A stretch of 64,000 bases of DNA from the NCBI GenBank assembly GCA_043228905.1, contig JBHGNT010000005.1, forward strand, positions 14,384,001 through 14,448,000, in the 5' to 3' direction. This stretch comes from Azolla caroliniana. Its lineage: Eukaryota; Plantae; Polypodiophyta. Position 1 is the first letter of the stretch. The number at the start of each line of letters is the position of its first letter. Below the pieces are notes generated by a model. That model did not search any database. It was not told the DNA's origin and saw only the letters and a program-made list of their open reading frames with translations. Positions 62,302 through 64,000 of the stretch are shown one piece after another. Both the position numbers and the translations under genes were made by a program.

Positions 62302-64000
62302 CACGACCTACACTCTGTCACACGCAGGTATTCACAAGAATCGAATGCTTCTTGATCTTCCGCACAGACGACCTTCCTCGATTACAACATCTGGTATCAG
62401 AGCAGAGGTTCGGCCGTCATCACCGCCTGCACAGCATTCGGTTCTTCACTTCATCACGGCCTGCACAGTATTCGCGTCATTCGAAGAAAGAGAGAAGAAG
62501 AACAAAAACGAGGTCTGCACCTCATCGCGTTAGATCCTCTTGCTTGGAGTAAGCCATCAGGTTGTACTCTGTCCTTCGTGATCGTAACCGCTCGAGGTGA
62601 AATCCCCTTGTGCAACATTGACACGATCGTGCTCCATTCGGTTAAACGGCATCCGAAGAGGTCATCAATCGCCGCTCGTTGTAACCACTTGGTGCAGATC
62701 GGTCTCAAGACAACAACCCCAATTCGTGCTTCATCCGGCTGATCGACATTCGAGAGGATCAGTTGGATCCATCTCTCTCGTCGCTGCAGCCACCCGAAGC
62801 AGAATCGGTTCAGATAATCGGTTTTAATAATCGGTATTCGGCAGATATATCCGAAGCGAACCGGACTCACTCCGACTCGGTAACATTCGGGAAGACCAGT
62901 CGGTTCTGTCCCTCAAGCTACCGAAGTCAATTCGAGCAAGCTCCGAAGCCGAACCTACTCGGGTTCAAATCCGACTAGAACGATATCGGGTGAGCCAACC
63001 GGCTGCACTCCAACAAGGTTCGTAGTCGACTCCGAACCGAGCTTCGTCAACCGAAACCGAATTTGATGGCATCAACATCCGGCTCGTCAGAAATGAGTCT
63101 ACGAAAGTTCGATGGATCGAACTTTAACTTCTGGAAGGAGCAAATGCAGGACTATCTCATAGTCAAGGGGCAAATCGATCCCATCGAAAATGAAGAACCT
63201 CCAGAAGGATACAAACCAATCGAGTGGCAGAAGCTGGACAGAATCGTCCGCGCCACGATTCGGATGCACCTATCGGAATCGGTATATTTTACGGTGCAAT
63301 CGTGTACGACAGCATTCGAACTGTGGAAAACACTGTCGGACACTTACGAAAAGAAGGTCGCCGCAACGAAGATGTTTCTGATCCGGCGCCTCTACAACTT
63401 GCGGATGAAAGAATCCGATTCGGTCCAAGCACACCTCAATGAGTACGAAAGCATAAGCTCCCAAATCTCGTCACAGGGGACGGCAATCGAGGATGAACTC
63501 AGAGCAATGATACTCATGAGCAGCCTTCCCTCATCATGGGAAACTTTCGTCACAACCGTGTGCAACGCGTCAACCACGGCTGTTAAATACTCCGAAGTCA
63601 CGAGCGCAATCCTGACCGAAGCAGCTCGGAGAAAGTCTTTCGCCAAAGACTCAACAGACGACGCTTATGTAGTACAAGGTTCGACAGACCGATCGAACAT
63701 ACGAGGAAGAGATTCCTCACGACCGCCGAACAATCAGCGAAGACGGAGCCAGTCACGGGATAACCGAATCTGCAACTATTGCAAGAAACCCGGACACATC
63801 AAAGCCGACTGCCGCGCACTCAAGAACAAAAAGAACAAGAAGAGTGGCCGGCATGAGGAGATCAATTACGTCAGCTTCTCAGCTGATGTACTACCGGACG
63901 ACCCGAATATACTATCAATCGAAAATCCCGTCGGATCAGAAGTTCTACTCACGACTAAAGAATCGAGCACATGGCTCCTAGATTCGGGCGCGTCATTTCA
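62090..64000 (+). mobile_element. Copia element I, 5' part (LTR 62090-62389, Met-i PBS 62392-62403), inserted in the B2 5' LTR
   Basis: TGTCG...CAACA LTR, TGGTATCAGAGC, long leader, then gag. Confidence 0.92.
63066..64000 (+). CDS. gag: Copia gag-protease, apparently open to the window end
   Basis: MASTSGSSEMSLRKFDGSNFNFWKEQMQDYL; CNYCKKPGHIKADC; WLLDSGASF at the window edge. Confidence 0.9.
   Translation, partial: MASTSGSSEMSLRKFDGSNFNFWKEQMQDYLIVKGQIDPIENEEPPEGYKPIEWQKLDRIVRATIRMHLSESVYFTVQSCTTAFELWKTLSDTYEKKVAATKMFLIRRLYNLRMKESDSVQAHLNEYESISSQISSQGTAIEDELRAMILMSSLPSSWETFVTTVCNASTTAVKYSEVTSAILTEAARRKSFAKDSTDDAYVVQGSTDRSNIRGRDSSRPPNNQRRRSQSRDNRICNYCKKPGHIKADCRALKNKKNKKSGRHEEINYVSFSADVLPDDPNILSIENPVGSEVLLTTKESSTWLLDSGASF

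Overview
Eukaryotic, plant-type heterochromatic DNA, probably from a non-seed plant such as a moss, liverwort, lycophyte or fern (inferred from the retroelement lineages). It consists almost entirely of nested, mostly decayed retrotransposons. These are: an Athila/Tat-like Gypsy 3' end with a ~1000-codon extra ORF; five copies of tRNA-Trp-primed Phygy-like Gypsy elements; chromovirus remnants; five Copia elements; LINE fragments; a hAT-type zinc-finger fragment; and an intron-containing ataxin-2-like gene fragment. No intact host gene is present. The most unusual signals are: (1) tRNA-like A-box/B-box (Pol III promoter) modules in the U3 of LTRs from several different families, always antisense to and upstream of the LTR TATA box; (2) a Gypsy element in which a sense copy of a tRNA-Arg 3' end sits where the polypurine tract should be; (3) a conserved GGAUUUU + H-type pseudoknot -1 frameshift signal between protease and RT; (4) an 866-bp TG...CA element made of two inverted LTR-like arms with a 5-bp TSD. 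All coordinates were read by eye and may be off by a few bases. Family assignments come from motif recognition, not database searches.
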